NCBI GenBank assembly: GCA_963761335.1
Contig: CAVXGR010000017.1
Coordinates: 318,093 to 382,092, forward strand
DNA: 64,000 nucleotides
Direction of reading: 5' to 3'
Origin: an uncultured delta proteobacterium
GTDB lineage: Bacteria; Desulfobacterota; Binatia; HRBIN30; BPIQ01
Both the position numbers and the translations under genes were made by a program. Positions 55,661 through 64,000 of this stretch are shown piece by piece. Each line of letters starts with the position of its first letter. Within the stretch, counting starts at the first letter, position 1. Under the pieces are notes generated by a model. It saw only the letters and a list, made by a program, of their open reading frames with translations. It had not been told where the DNA came from and did no database searches.

Positions 55661-55902
55661 CCAGCGACCTCCGTTGACTTGATGTGAGACTCCGCCAGCG
55701 CTCGCTGCGATCTGCGGGCGCGAGCGCGGTCAACGGCGCCGCCGAGCGGCGCGCGTTTGGCTGCCGCGGGCGCCGAGCAATCCGTGCGGCCTGGATCTGC
55801 GGCAGATCGTTGTGGGCAAGAGTCCCTTCTCCCGGACGGGAGAAGGTCAGGATGAGCTGCCCCGCAGCACTCGTCCCCTCGTCATGCGAAGGCTCCGGAG
55901 CA

Positions 55903-57606
55903 TCAGCTGCCGCGCAGAACCCGTCCCGCTCGCGCTTCGGTCTGCTCGCCGCGTTCGATCAGAGGCGCGCCGTTGACGAAGACGTACTCCACGCCGACGG
56001 CGCGCTGCAGGAGCCGTGAGGCGCCGCCGGGCAGATCGGCGACCAGCTCGGTTCGTTCGAGGCCGACGCGCTCGGGGTCGAAGAGAACCAGGTCGGCGGC
56101 GAAGCCGGGCCGGATCTCGCCGCGCTTCTCGAAGCCGTAGAGTCGGGCCGGGGCGCTGGTGAGAAGGCGCACCGCCTCCTCGAGCGCCAGCACTTGTCGC
56201 TCGCGCACCCAGTGGCTGAGCAGGTGCGTGGTGAATCCCTGGTCCGCCAGCGTGTCGACGTGCGCGCCAGCATCGGAAAGGGCCAGCACGCCGGCGGGAT
56301 GCTTGAGGAGCTGCGCCACGATCTCCTCGTCGACGTTCATGATCGGCACGCCGAGCTGGCAGAGCAGGTCGCTCTCCAGCGACAGATCGAGAAGCGTGTC
56401 GACCGCATCCGCGCCCCGCTCCTCGGCGATGGCGGCGACGCTCCAGTCCAGGTAGCGCGCCTGCTCGACGAGAGGGGACCATCGCAGAAAGATCTGCTCC
56501 CAGCTCGGCGCCAGCGCCGCCACCCACGACCGCGCGCCGGATATCGCCCGCAGCTCGTCGCGGAAGGGCTTCCCGGAAAGCAGCGCTCGCCGCTCGGGCT
56601 CCGGCTTCTGCAGGATCGGCTTCCAGAAGGGATTGTTCTCGGTGGCGATCGTGCTGGTGGCGAAGTTGATGCGCACCTCGAGCGGCCGGCAGCCGACCTG
56701 GGGCAGGACGAAGGCTCCCTGAGATTGGAATTCGCGGGCCTCCTCGATGACCCGCAGGCAGCCCTCCGGCTCGAAGGGGCTGTGCAGCAGCGGCGCCCAG
56801 CTCACCGGCCGGCCGCACTGGCGCGCCACCTCGGCGTAGAAGCGCTGGTCCTCCGCCTTGCCGTCGGAGCTGCCGATCAAGTGCAGAGGGGCGATCTCGA
56901 CGACGCCGCGGCCGATCTCGCCCAGCACCGAGGCGAGGGCGGCGAGCTCCTGGCGCGGCGCCACGCGGCTCGGCACCGGCGTGCCGTCGCCGAAGAAATG
57001 GGTCGTCGATTCCGATGTCGAGAAGCCCCATGCCCCCGCCCGCATGGCTTCGCGAATCACCTGCTGCATGCGGGCGAGCTCGTCCTCGGTGGCGGCGCGC
57101 TCGGTGGCGGCCGCGCCCATGACCCAGTAGCGCACCGCACTGTGGCCGACGAAGACGCCGACGTTGAGCGCCGGCTTCCAGCGCTCGAGCGCCTCCAGGT
57201 ACTCCGGGAAGGTCTCCCACTCCCATCGGATCCCGGCGCGCAGCGCGGCGGTCGGCATTCCCTCCACGTAGAGCAGCATCTTCATCAGCAGCTCGCGGTG
57301 CTCGGGCCGGCAGGGCGCGACGCTGAAGCCGCAGTTGCCCATGATGACCGAGGTCACGCCGTGCCACGGCGAGGGGGTGAGGGCGCGGTCCCAGGAGACC
57401 TGGCAGTCGTAGTGCGTGTGCAGGTCGATGAATCCCGGCGCCAGCACCAGCCCGGAGCCGTCGATGGTTCGCTTTGTCGACGCCTCGACGGAGCCGACGG
57501 CGGTGATGGTGCCGCCGCTGACGGCCACGTCGGCGCGCCGCCGGGGCGCGCCCGTCCCGTCGCAGACCTCCGCGCCGCAGATGACGAGATCCGACATATT
57601 GTTCAT
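55903..57606 (-). CDS. N-acyl-D-amino-acid deacylase family amidohydrolase
   Basis: PGFIDLHTHYD, GVTSVIMGNCG, SDAGAHV, G..ADLVLFDP; ATGA overlap with upstream esterase. Confidence 0.9.
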   Translation of the reverse strand: MNNMSDLVICGAEVCDGTGAPRRRADVAVSGGTITAVGSVEASTKRTIDGSGLVLAPGFIDLHTHYDCQVSWDRALTPSPWHGVTSVIMGNCGFSVAPCRPEHRELLMKMLLYVEGMPTAALRAGIRWEWETFPEYLEALERWKPALNVGVFVGHSAVRYWVMGAAATERAATEDELARMQQVIREAMRAGAWGFSTSESTTHFFGDGTPVPSRVAPRQELAALASVLGEIGRGVVEIAPLHLIGSSDGKAEDQRFYAEVARQCGRPVSWAPLLHSPFEPEGCLRVIEEAREFQSQGAFVLPQVGCRPLEVRINFATSTIATENNPFWKPILQKPEPERRALLSGKPFRDELRAISGARSWVAALAPSWEQIFLRWSPLVEQARYLDWSVAAIAEERGADAVDTLLDLSLESDLLCQLGVPIMNVDEEIVAQLLKHPAGVLALSDAGAHVDTLADQGFTTHLLSHWVRERQVLALEEAVRLLTSAPARLYGFEKRGEIRPGFAADLVLFDPERVGLERTELVADLPGGASRLLQRAVGVEYVFVNGAPLIERGEQTEARAGRVLRGS

Positions 57607-58511
57607 TCCTTTCCGCTGCTGGGAGTTGCGGCCGCCGCGGCCGGGTGCATCGGGTGGGCGCGGAAGAAGCTCCAGATGCGCTCGGTTGCGGCCGGCGGCC
57701 ATTGGTGGTCGATGTCGCTCTCGCAGTACACCACCTCGGTACCGTCGCGGCAGCCGCGGTGCCATTCGCAGCCGTCGCTGGCGTGCTCGGTGCATTGATC
57801 GATCGCCAGCCAGAGGTCGCGCGTCGCCTGTGCGGTGGCGATCGGCACGCGCTGGTCGCGGCGGCCGTGCTCGATGAGCACGGGAAGCGGCCGCGACGGA
57901 TGGCATTCCGCCTGCGTGCGTCCCCCGCCGACGATGGCGATCGCCGCGAATCGATCCGCCATCGTGCAACCGAGGATCTGGGTGAGGAAGGCGCCGTTCG
58001 AGAAGCCGGTGGCGTACACCCGGTTCAGGTCGACGCAGTACTGGCTCTCGAGCGCCTCGAGCAGCCGCGAGGTGAATGCCAGGTCGCGGTTCCCCTGCAT
58101 ATTGAAGATCTCCCAGCCCCGGTCCTCGCGTCCGAGAAGCTGCACCGGCAGGCCGTCCGGATAGGCGGTGATCACGCCGTCGCGATCGGCGAGCGGCTTG
58201 AACTGCGACACTTTCCAGACTCCCGCGGCACTGTGGCCGAAGCCGTGGAAATCGAGCAGCAGGGGCGCCGGGTGGTGCGGCTTCAGCGACGGCGGCGCCT
58301 GCAGGATGTAGGAACGGGTCGCCCCGGAGACGTCGAGGGTGCGCTCCAGACGCTCGCCGGTATCGATCTCGGCGCGGCTACATCCCGCGCTCGGACGGGC
58401 CGGGGCCAGAGCGGGTCCCGCGGCTGCGACCGCGGCCGGGACCCACGACAGGAGAGATAGCGCGAAGCTCGTCGCGAGGACATATCGAGGTTGGCGCATC
58501 GGCCCACTCAT
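57603..58511 (-). CDS. Secreted PHB-depolymerase/LpqP-like esterase
   Basis: Signal peptide; FHGFG, AYPDG, YCVDLNRVYATGFSNG, HG..D..VP, HQWP. Confidence 0.88.
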   Translation of the reverse strand: MSGPMRQPRYVLATSFALSLLSWVPAAVAAAGPALAPARPSAGCSRAEIDTGERLERTLDVSGATRSYILQAPPSLKPHHPAPLLLDFHGFGHSAAGVWKVSQFKPLADRDGVITAYPDGLPVQLLGREDRGWEIFNMQGNRDLAFTSRLLEALESQYCVDLNRVYATGFSNGAFLTQILGCTMADRFAAIAIVGGGRTQAECHPSRPLPVLIEHGRRDQRVPIATAQATRDLWLAIDQCTEHASDGCEWHRGCRDGTEVVYCESDIDHQWPPAATERIWSFFRAHPMHPAAAAATPSSGKE

Positions 58512-58583
58512 ACCTGCGTTTTCCCCCGAGCGTCCAGCCGAGCACGGGCAGAAGCCCCGGGCAGGGAGCCTCGCGGGCTTGGT

Positions 58584-58611
58584 TTGACATTTACCCTGTG
58601 CGGGCTAGTCT
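58584..58611 (+). promoter_or_regulatory. Putative sigma70 promoter for the Cys-rich repeat gene
   Basis: TTGACA-16 bp-TAGTCT, upstream of RBS GGGAGGAG. Confidence 0.5.
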
Positions 58612-58634
58612 GCGAGCCTGAGGGAGGAGAGCGC

Positions 58635-60776
58635 ATGGGCCATCACGTCAACTCGAAGTCAATCCGCAGTGCAGCACTCTGGATACCGCTATTGCTGGTC
58701 GCGGTCTCCCTGCCGGCGCTCGCACAGCAGCAGCAGCCTAGCTGCCTCGATCAGACGCGGACGGTGTTCGCCGGCGGCTCGGGGAGCGAGGGGTGCCATC
58801 AGTACTCGACCCAGCAGGACTGCGAGATGGCCTACATCAACGGGGGTTCGGGCGTCGCCCCTTGCTACTGGACCGGCTCCAACTGCCAGGGCTGCGGTGT
58901 CGACAACGAGAGTAATGGCGACTGCACCAACACCTGCATTCCGCCGCGCACCTGCGCCAACGACCCCGGGCGCGGCAGTTTTGCCGGATTCGACACCGGG
59001 GAGGAGGACGGCTGCAGCGAGTTCAACGGCGAACAGATCCAGTGCCTCAAGTCCTTCGTCCAAGGCTCCGACGTGATCGAAGCATGCGCCTACGACAGCG
59101 GCACCTGCTTCGCCTGCAACCCCGGGAACGAGTCCAACGGCGAGTGCGTCAACAGCTGCCTGCCGGCGCTGGTGTGCCAGGGCCAGCCGTCGCGGACGAT
59201 CTTTGCCGGCGGGCCCAACTCCGGTGCCTGCCATCAGTTCGACACCGACCCGTCATCCTGCTCGCAGGCATTCCACCGCGAGCAGAACGGCGACATCGCG
59301 TCGTGCTTCGTCGCCTACGACTGCGTGCCCTGCGGCGCGGACAACCGAAACCTGGACACCTTCAGCGTCGGATCGGCCGCCTACTGCATCAACAGCTGCG
59401 TGCCGGCACCGACGTGTCTGGACGGCAGCCGCACGGAGTTCGTCGGCGGACCGTTCACGCAGTCTTGCCACGTTCACGACGACAACCAGACGGCCTGCGA
59501 GCAGGCTTTTGCGATGTCGTCCGACGGCGTCGTCTCCTGCTACTACGACAACGGCTCGTGTTCGGGTTGCGGGCCGCAGAATGGAGGCCACGGCTGCACG
59601 AACACCTGCGTGCCGCCGCCGACGTGCCCCAACGACTCGAATCGCACGATCTTCGCCGGCAACCCCAACTCCCGGGCCTGCCGCCAGTTCGACGGCGACC
59701 CGAACAACTGTGCGGCGGCATTCGCGCTCAGCGATACTGGAATCACCTCGTGCTACTACTCGGGGGGCGACTGCCTCGGTTGCGGGCCCCAGAGCGAGGG
59801 GTACAGCTGTCAGAACGATTGCGCGCCTCCGCCGCCCTGCACCGAGGACCTGAATCGCACCGTGTTCGCGGACTGCCAGCAGTTCAACGGTGACCCGAAC
59901 AGCTGCGCGACCGCGTATATCCGCGCCGACGCCGTCGGCGTCACCTCGTGCTTCTACAACTCGTCGAACAGCAGCTGCAGTCCCTGCGGGCCGTACAACG
60001 AGGGCACCAACTGCTCGAACGAATGCATCCCGCCCGTGACCTGTCACAACGACCCGAATCGCATCACCTTCACGGGCGGCCCCGACTCTCAGGCCTGTCG
60101 CCAGTATGACGGGAATCAGGCCAGCTGCGAGCACGCGTTCGCTCGCAGCTATGAAGGCCTCACGTCATGCTTCTATCAGTCATCGGACGACACCTGTCGC
60201 GGTTGCGGTCCCGGCAACGTCGGCGTCGCTTGCCAGAACGAGTGCGAGTCCCCACCTCCCTGCCCGCAGGACGCGACGCGCACCATCTTCACGGGATATT
60301 CCGGCGGCGAGGGCTGTCACAAGTTCGACGGCGACGCGATGAGCTGCGCCAAGGCCTACAACGAGGGCGACGCCGGAATCGCGTCGTGCTACTACGCCGG
60401 CGGGCAGTGCCGCGGCTGCGGGCCGGACAACGTCAACTCCGGGCAATGCATGAACACCTGCGTGCCCACGCCGCTGTGCTCGAACGATGCCTCTCGCACA
60501 CTGTTCGGCTGCGGCAACTACGACGGCAACGTATCGGCCTGCAATCACGCCTACGGAATCGACGTGAGCGGTGGCCCCACCTCCTGTGTCGCCGTCCAGA
60601 ACTGCAGCGGCTGCGGGCCGAACAACCAGTCGAGCGGGCTGTGCACCAACGCCTGTGAGATGCTCCCCGCGGCGCGGGCCCCGGCGATGTCCGGATACGG
60701 CGTCTTCGCCGCCGTGCTCATGCTGCTCGGCGTCGGTGCCGCGGCGCTGCGCACGCAGCGCCGCCTGCGGCGCTAG
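58635..60776 (+). CDS. Surface protein with nine ~70-aa eight-Cys repeats and an IPTL-CTERM-like anchor
   Basis: Signal peptide; repeat C.D..RT.F.G....C..FD.....C..A.......SC.Y...C..CGP.N....C.N.C; C-terminal APAMSGYG + TM + RRLRR. Confidence 0.82.
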   Translation: MGHHVNSKSIRSAALWIPLLLVAVSLPALAQQQQPSCLDQTRTVFAGGSGSEGCHQYSTQQDCEMAYINGGSGVAPCYWTGSNCQGCGVDNESNGDCTNTCIPPRTCANDPGRGSFAGFDTGEEDGCSEFNGEQIQCLKSFVQGSDVIEACAYDSGTCFACNPGNESNGECVNSCLPALVCQGQPSRTIFAGGPNSGACHQFDTDPSSCSQAFHREQNGDIASCFVAYDCVPCGADNRNLDTFSVGSAAYCINSCVPAPTCLDGSRTEFVGGPFTQSCHVHDDNQTACEQAFAMSSDGVVSCYYDNGSCSGCGPQNGGHGCTNTCVPPPTCPNDSNRTIFAGNPNSRACRQFDGDPNNCAAAFALSDTGITSCYYSGGDCLGCGPQSEGYSCQNDCAPPPPCTEDLNRTVFADCQQFNGDPNSCATAYIRADAVGVTSCFYNSSNSSCSPCGPYNEGTNCSNECIPPVTCHNDPNRITFTGGPDSQACRQYDGNQASCEHAFARSYEGLTSCFYQSSDDTCRGCGPGNVGVACQNECESPPPCPQDATRTIFTGYSGGEGCHKFDGDAMSCAKAYNEGDAGIASCYYAGGQCRGCGPDNVNSGQCMNTCVPTPLCSNDASRTLFGCGNYDGNVSACNHAYGIDVSGGPTSCVAVQNCSGCGPNNQSSGLCTNACEMLPAARAPAMSGYGVFAAVLMLLGVGAAALRTQRRLRR

Positions 60777-60816
60777 GAATGACTGGGGCGGGTCACCGGG
60801 CTCGCCCCAGCCTTGC

Positions 60817-62805
60817 TCATGGCCCCTTGCAGGCGATCGTCTTGGGCGACCCGGCTGTGGGCGCTACACGGCAGTACGGCTTCTCGCCCGACACCGGGAT
60901 CGGGTCGCCCTCGACCAGGAACGAGGCGCACTCGCCCGCCATCGCCTGAGGGCTGGCCGAGCTTCCGCCGGACGCACCGAGGGAGACCTCCAGGCCGATC
61001 TGTTGCAGCGGGACTGCGGGAACGACAACCGTCGCCTTCTTGGCGACGACCTTGAACTGCCATGCCTGGCGCGAGGTTGCGGTGAGATTCCGGACCACGG
61101 CCTTGATCACCCCGTTGGCGCCTCCCGCCAGGCATCCGCCGAGGCCGTCGGGTATGCCGCCCGACTTGTTGACGTACTTCCATTCGGATGACTTGCTGCG
61201 GACCAGGATTTTCCATCCGTCGCGGGCGTCGCACGGCGAGGTGCCGACGAGCCCGGCGGGGAGACTGGCGCTCCACGCCTCGCCGGTGTCGTCGGAGATC
61301 CGGACGTGCAAGCCGTTGGCGCTGGGATCGATCGCCGGCGTCGTCTCCGCCGGGTTGAAGTAGCCATTGGCGATGACGGTCTGCTCGCCGGCGCCGCGGT
61401 CGAGCTTCCTCAGCGTCAGTCGCAACCTCTCCGGACTCTGCTCGATCAGGTCGGCGGGCGGCAGGATACCGGCCACCACGGTGCAGGCGTCCTCGTCGTC
61501 GGCCACGAAGTCGCCGTCGGCGTCCATGTCGATCAGCGTGTCGAAAGCCTCGAGCGCGGAGACGATACCAGGGTTGGTCCCGGCCAGATCGTTCGACTCG
61601 CTGGGGTCGTCGTACACGTCGTAGAGCTGCCACGGATCGACGTTCGTCTCGCGGACGATCTTCCAGTCGCCGTCCAGAACCAGGCGCTTGTTGGCGCGGC
61701 GCACGACCAGCCCATAGGGGCGTCCGTCGGCGCCGTCGCGGATCGCGGCCCAGCGGTCCCGGCCGTCGAGAGGCTTGCTGTTCCTCGGCGTGATTCCCGC
61801 CGCCTCTGCGAGCGTCGGCAGCCAGTCCATCACGGTCACCGCCTGCGTGCTCACCGCGCCCGCCGACAGCACGCCGGGCCAGCGCAGAGCGGCGGGGACG
61901 CGCACGCCCCCTTCCCACGGCGTATTCTTGCCTCCCCGCAGCGGGTCATTGCTCGCCCCCTCGGAAACGTCGCCGCCGTTGTCGCTCGCAAACACGACGA
62001 TCGTCTGGTTGGCGATGCCCTGTGCGTCGAGCGTGTCGAGCAGGCGCCCGATGTTGGTGTCCATGTTCTCGGCCATGGCGGCGTAGTCGCGCGCGTTGCC
62101 GGTGAGACCGAGGTTGGTGTACTTGTCGATCAGGGCCTGCGGCGCGTCGTAGGGGACGTGCACGGCATGGAAGGCGACGTAGAGCAGGAACGGCCGGGTC
62201 TTGTCGCGCCCCTCGATCAGCCCGATGGCCTCGTCGGTGAGCAGGTCGGTCGCCAATCCCGACTCGACCACCGACGTGCCGTTTCGCTGCCAGTCGAGGG
62301 CGCCGGTGCTGGGGGTCTCGTGCGTCGACTCGTCGATCGAGGCGCCGAGGAATCCGTAGAAATAGTCGAAGCCGCGGTTCTGGGGCATGTACTGGGCACC
62401 GGTCGAGCCTCCGAGGTGCCATTTCCCCATCATCCACGTCTGGTATCCCGCCGCCCGGAAGGTCTCGGGAAGCATGTGCTCGTCGAGCGGCACGCCGTCC
62501 TCGCCGTCGGCGATGTTGCTGGTCAGGCCGAGGCGAATCGGGTTGCGCCCCGTCATCAGCGCCACCCGCGTCGGGCCGCAGATCGGGTAGGTGTAGTAGC
62601 GCTCCAGGGTCACGCCCGCCGCGGCGATGCTGTCGATGCGCGGCGTGTCGATGACGCTGCCGTGATAGCCGACGTCGGCGAACCCCTGGTCGTCGGAGAG
62701 GACGAAGATGATGTTCGGCGTAGAGCTGGCGGCGGAGACGCCGGCTCCCCCGAGGCCGAACACCATGGCGACCGCCATCGCCAGGTAGGCGATGGCGTGC
62801 GACAT
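60817..62805 (-). CDS. Secreted arylsulfatase (Cys-type) with acidic Ca-binding motif and C-terminal domain
   Basis: PNIIFVLSDDQG, CGPTR.ALMTG, GKWHLG, HAVH.P, SDNGG, GGK...WEGGVRVP, QLYDV.DDP.E..DL; DADGDFVADDEDAC. Confidence 0.92.
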   Translation of the reverse strand: MSHAIAYLAMAVAMVFGLGGAGVSAASSTPNIIFVLSDDQGFADVGYHGSVIDTPRIDSIAAAGVTLERYYTYPICGPTRVALMTGRNPIRLGLTSNIADGEDGVPLDEHMLPETFRAAGYQTWMMGKWHLGGSTGAQYMPQNRGFDYFYGFLGASIDESTHETPSTGALDWQRNGTSVVESGLATDLLTDEAIGLIEGRDKTRPFLLYVAFHAVHVPYDAPQALIDKYTNLGLTGNARDYAAMAENMDTNIGRLLDTLDAQGIANQTIVVFASDNGGDVSEGASNDPLRGGKNTPWEGGVRVPAALRWPGVLSAGAVSTQAVTVMDWLPTLAEAAGITPRNSKPLDGRDRWAAIRDGADGRPYGLVVRRANKRLVLDGDWKIVRETNVDPWQLYDVYDDPSESNDLAGTNPGIVSALEAFDTLIDMDADGDFVADDEDACTVVAGILPPADLIEQSPERLRLTLRKLDRGAGEQTVIANGYFNPAETTPAIDPSANGLHVRISDDTGEAWSASLPAGLVGTSPCDARDGWKILVRSKSSEWKYVNKSGGIPDGLGGCLAGGANGVIKAVVRNLTATSRQAWQFKVVAKKATVVVPAVPLQQIGLEVSLGASGGSSASPQAMAGECASFLVEGDPIPVSGEKPYCRVAPTAGSPKTIACKGP

Positions 62806-62951
62806 CGGTGCTCTTTGGTGGCGCGCGCTTCGAACCATGGGGCTCTCAGGGCCAAGCGGACAGAATGATCCCAGGGATCAACCGTAGCACCCTGGCGATT
62901 GTAGAGTAAACCCGTTTTTCGGACCTGCAGCCGTGAACCGTGCGGTGGTTC

Positions 62952-63473
62952 TCAGGCGGCGGTCACCTTGCGGTGAATCTCGGCGGTGAGTTCTTCGATG
63001 CGCCGGCTGAGATGCTGGGTCACTTCGGTGAGCCGGGTGTTCTGCGCCAGCAGCTGGAGGATCTGCGCCGATTCTTTCGCAGCGAGGTCCTGTCGCTCGA
63101 GGCTCGCCTGGGCGAGATCCTCGCGATGGCGGGCGTCGGCATCGGCCAGGGCCTTGTCGCGGTCGGCTTGGCGCGTCTGCGCCAAGAGGATGAGCGGCGC
63201 GGCGTAGGCCGCCTGGAGGCTGAAGGCGAGGTTGAGCAGAATGAAGGGGTAGATGTCGAAGTGCGCGATGCCGACGACGTTGAGGGCAATCCAGGCGGCG
63301 ACGATGGCGGTCTGTCCCAGCAGAAAGGTCGGGGTGCCGAAAAAGCGCGCGAAGGACTCCGCCTTTTGGCCGAAAAAGCTGTCGCCGAACGCCGAGGAAA
63401 GGTGCACGTGTGGAGCGTGGTAGCGGAAGTGGTGCGGCGAGCCCGATGTCTGCCCCTGAGTGACTTTGTTCAT
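62952..63473 (-). CDS. DUF1003 membrane protein (copy 2)
   Basis: Same motifs as 55139-55660; 16 of 173 residues differ by manual count. Confidence 0.9.
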   Translation of the reverse strand: MNKVTQGQTSGSPHHFRYHAPHVHLSSAFGDSFFGQKAESFARFFGTPTFLLGQTAIVAAWIALNVVGIAHFDIYPFILLNLAFSLQAAYAAPLILLAQTRQADRDKALADADARHREDLAQASLERQDLAAKESAQILQLLAQNTRLTEVTQHLSRRIEELTAEIHRKVTAA

Positions 63474-63554
63474 CCGTCGACCTCCGTTGACTTGATGTGG
63501 GACTGCGACAGCGGTCCTTGCGCCGTCGCCCGGGCCGCATCGCTTCTCTGCGTC

Positions 63555-63998
63555 TCAATGCAGCAGGGCAACAACCGCAAAGACACTGAACGCGACGCCG
63601 CACGCGGCGATTCCCGCCACGTCCGCCGATTCCAGCGTTCCTCCCGGCGTTCCCGGCTCGGCCGCCGCCAGCTTGAGCTCACGGTGGATCATGAAGAGCG
63701 GCACTGCCAGACTGATGGCGATCAACACCCCGAACACCACGTAGAGCCAGACCCCGCGGATGCGCAGACGCCGCGCCTCGAGCACCATCCACAGGATCAC
63801 GGCCAGACTCAAGAAGAGCGTGTCCACCGTGATGAACCGACTGGACTCGTTTACCAGGACATCCTGCCAGAACTTGAGCGTTCCGCCGACGAAGCCGGTG
63901 TCGCCCAGGACGCCGAGCACATTGCCCCAGGTGCCGACGAGCGCCAGCAGCCCGATGACACCGTAGGTCACACATAACGCCTTGCGAGATATTGTCAT
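63555..63998 (-). CDS. DUF2834-like membrane protein
   Basis: FWQD..VN..SRFITVD, EARRL.IR..W, IAISLAVPLF...RE. Confidence 0.75.
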   Translation of the reverse strand: MTISRKALCVTYGVIGLLALVGTWGNVLGVLGDTGFVGGTLKFWQDVLVNESSRFITVDTLFLSLAVILWMVLEARRLRIRGVWLYVVFGVLIAISLAVPLFMIHRELKLAAAEPGTPGGTLESADVAGIAACGVAFSVFAVVALLH

Positions 63999-64000
63999 CC

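Overview
High-GC chromosomal window, densely coding (about 55 credible CDSs). I found no rRNA, tRNA, CRISPR array, integrase or transposase. The gene style suggests an uncultured deltaproteobacteria-like lineage such as Candidatus Binatia/Binatota, which is an inference. Housekeeping and metabolic genes include dinB, holA, a proA-like gene, an orphan lpxA with yacG, HIT, corA, a deoxyhypusine synthase-like gene, HU, Fe-SOD, three acyl-CoA dehydrogenases, a P450, a class III CoA-transferase pair and a sulfatase. Notable signals are: (1) an apparent operon linking a DUF2723/TMEM260-like GT-C glycosyltransferase to two GC-CTERM-anchored repeat proteins and an AlkP-superfamily/TPR enzyme, with two more GT-C-like membrane proteins nearby; (2) several distinct C-terminal sorting or targeting modules, including a shared domain on two unrelated secreted enzymes; (3) a 9x eight-cysteine repeat surface protein; (4) intergenic hairpins built from inverted 7/8-mer tandem repeats, plus many unrelated REP-like palindrome families; (5) an ACAD10/11- or Lva-like acyl-CoA dehydrogenase plus phosphotransferase pair linked to a P450; (6) a decayed or rearranged patch at 53-55.7 kb with a frameshifted enoyl-CoA hydratase, an ATPase-less kinase, an FGGY kinase remnant and a duplicated DUF1003 gene. 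All family calls are motif recognition by eye; no database search was run.
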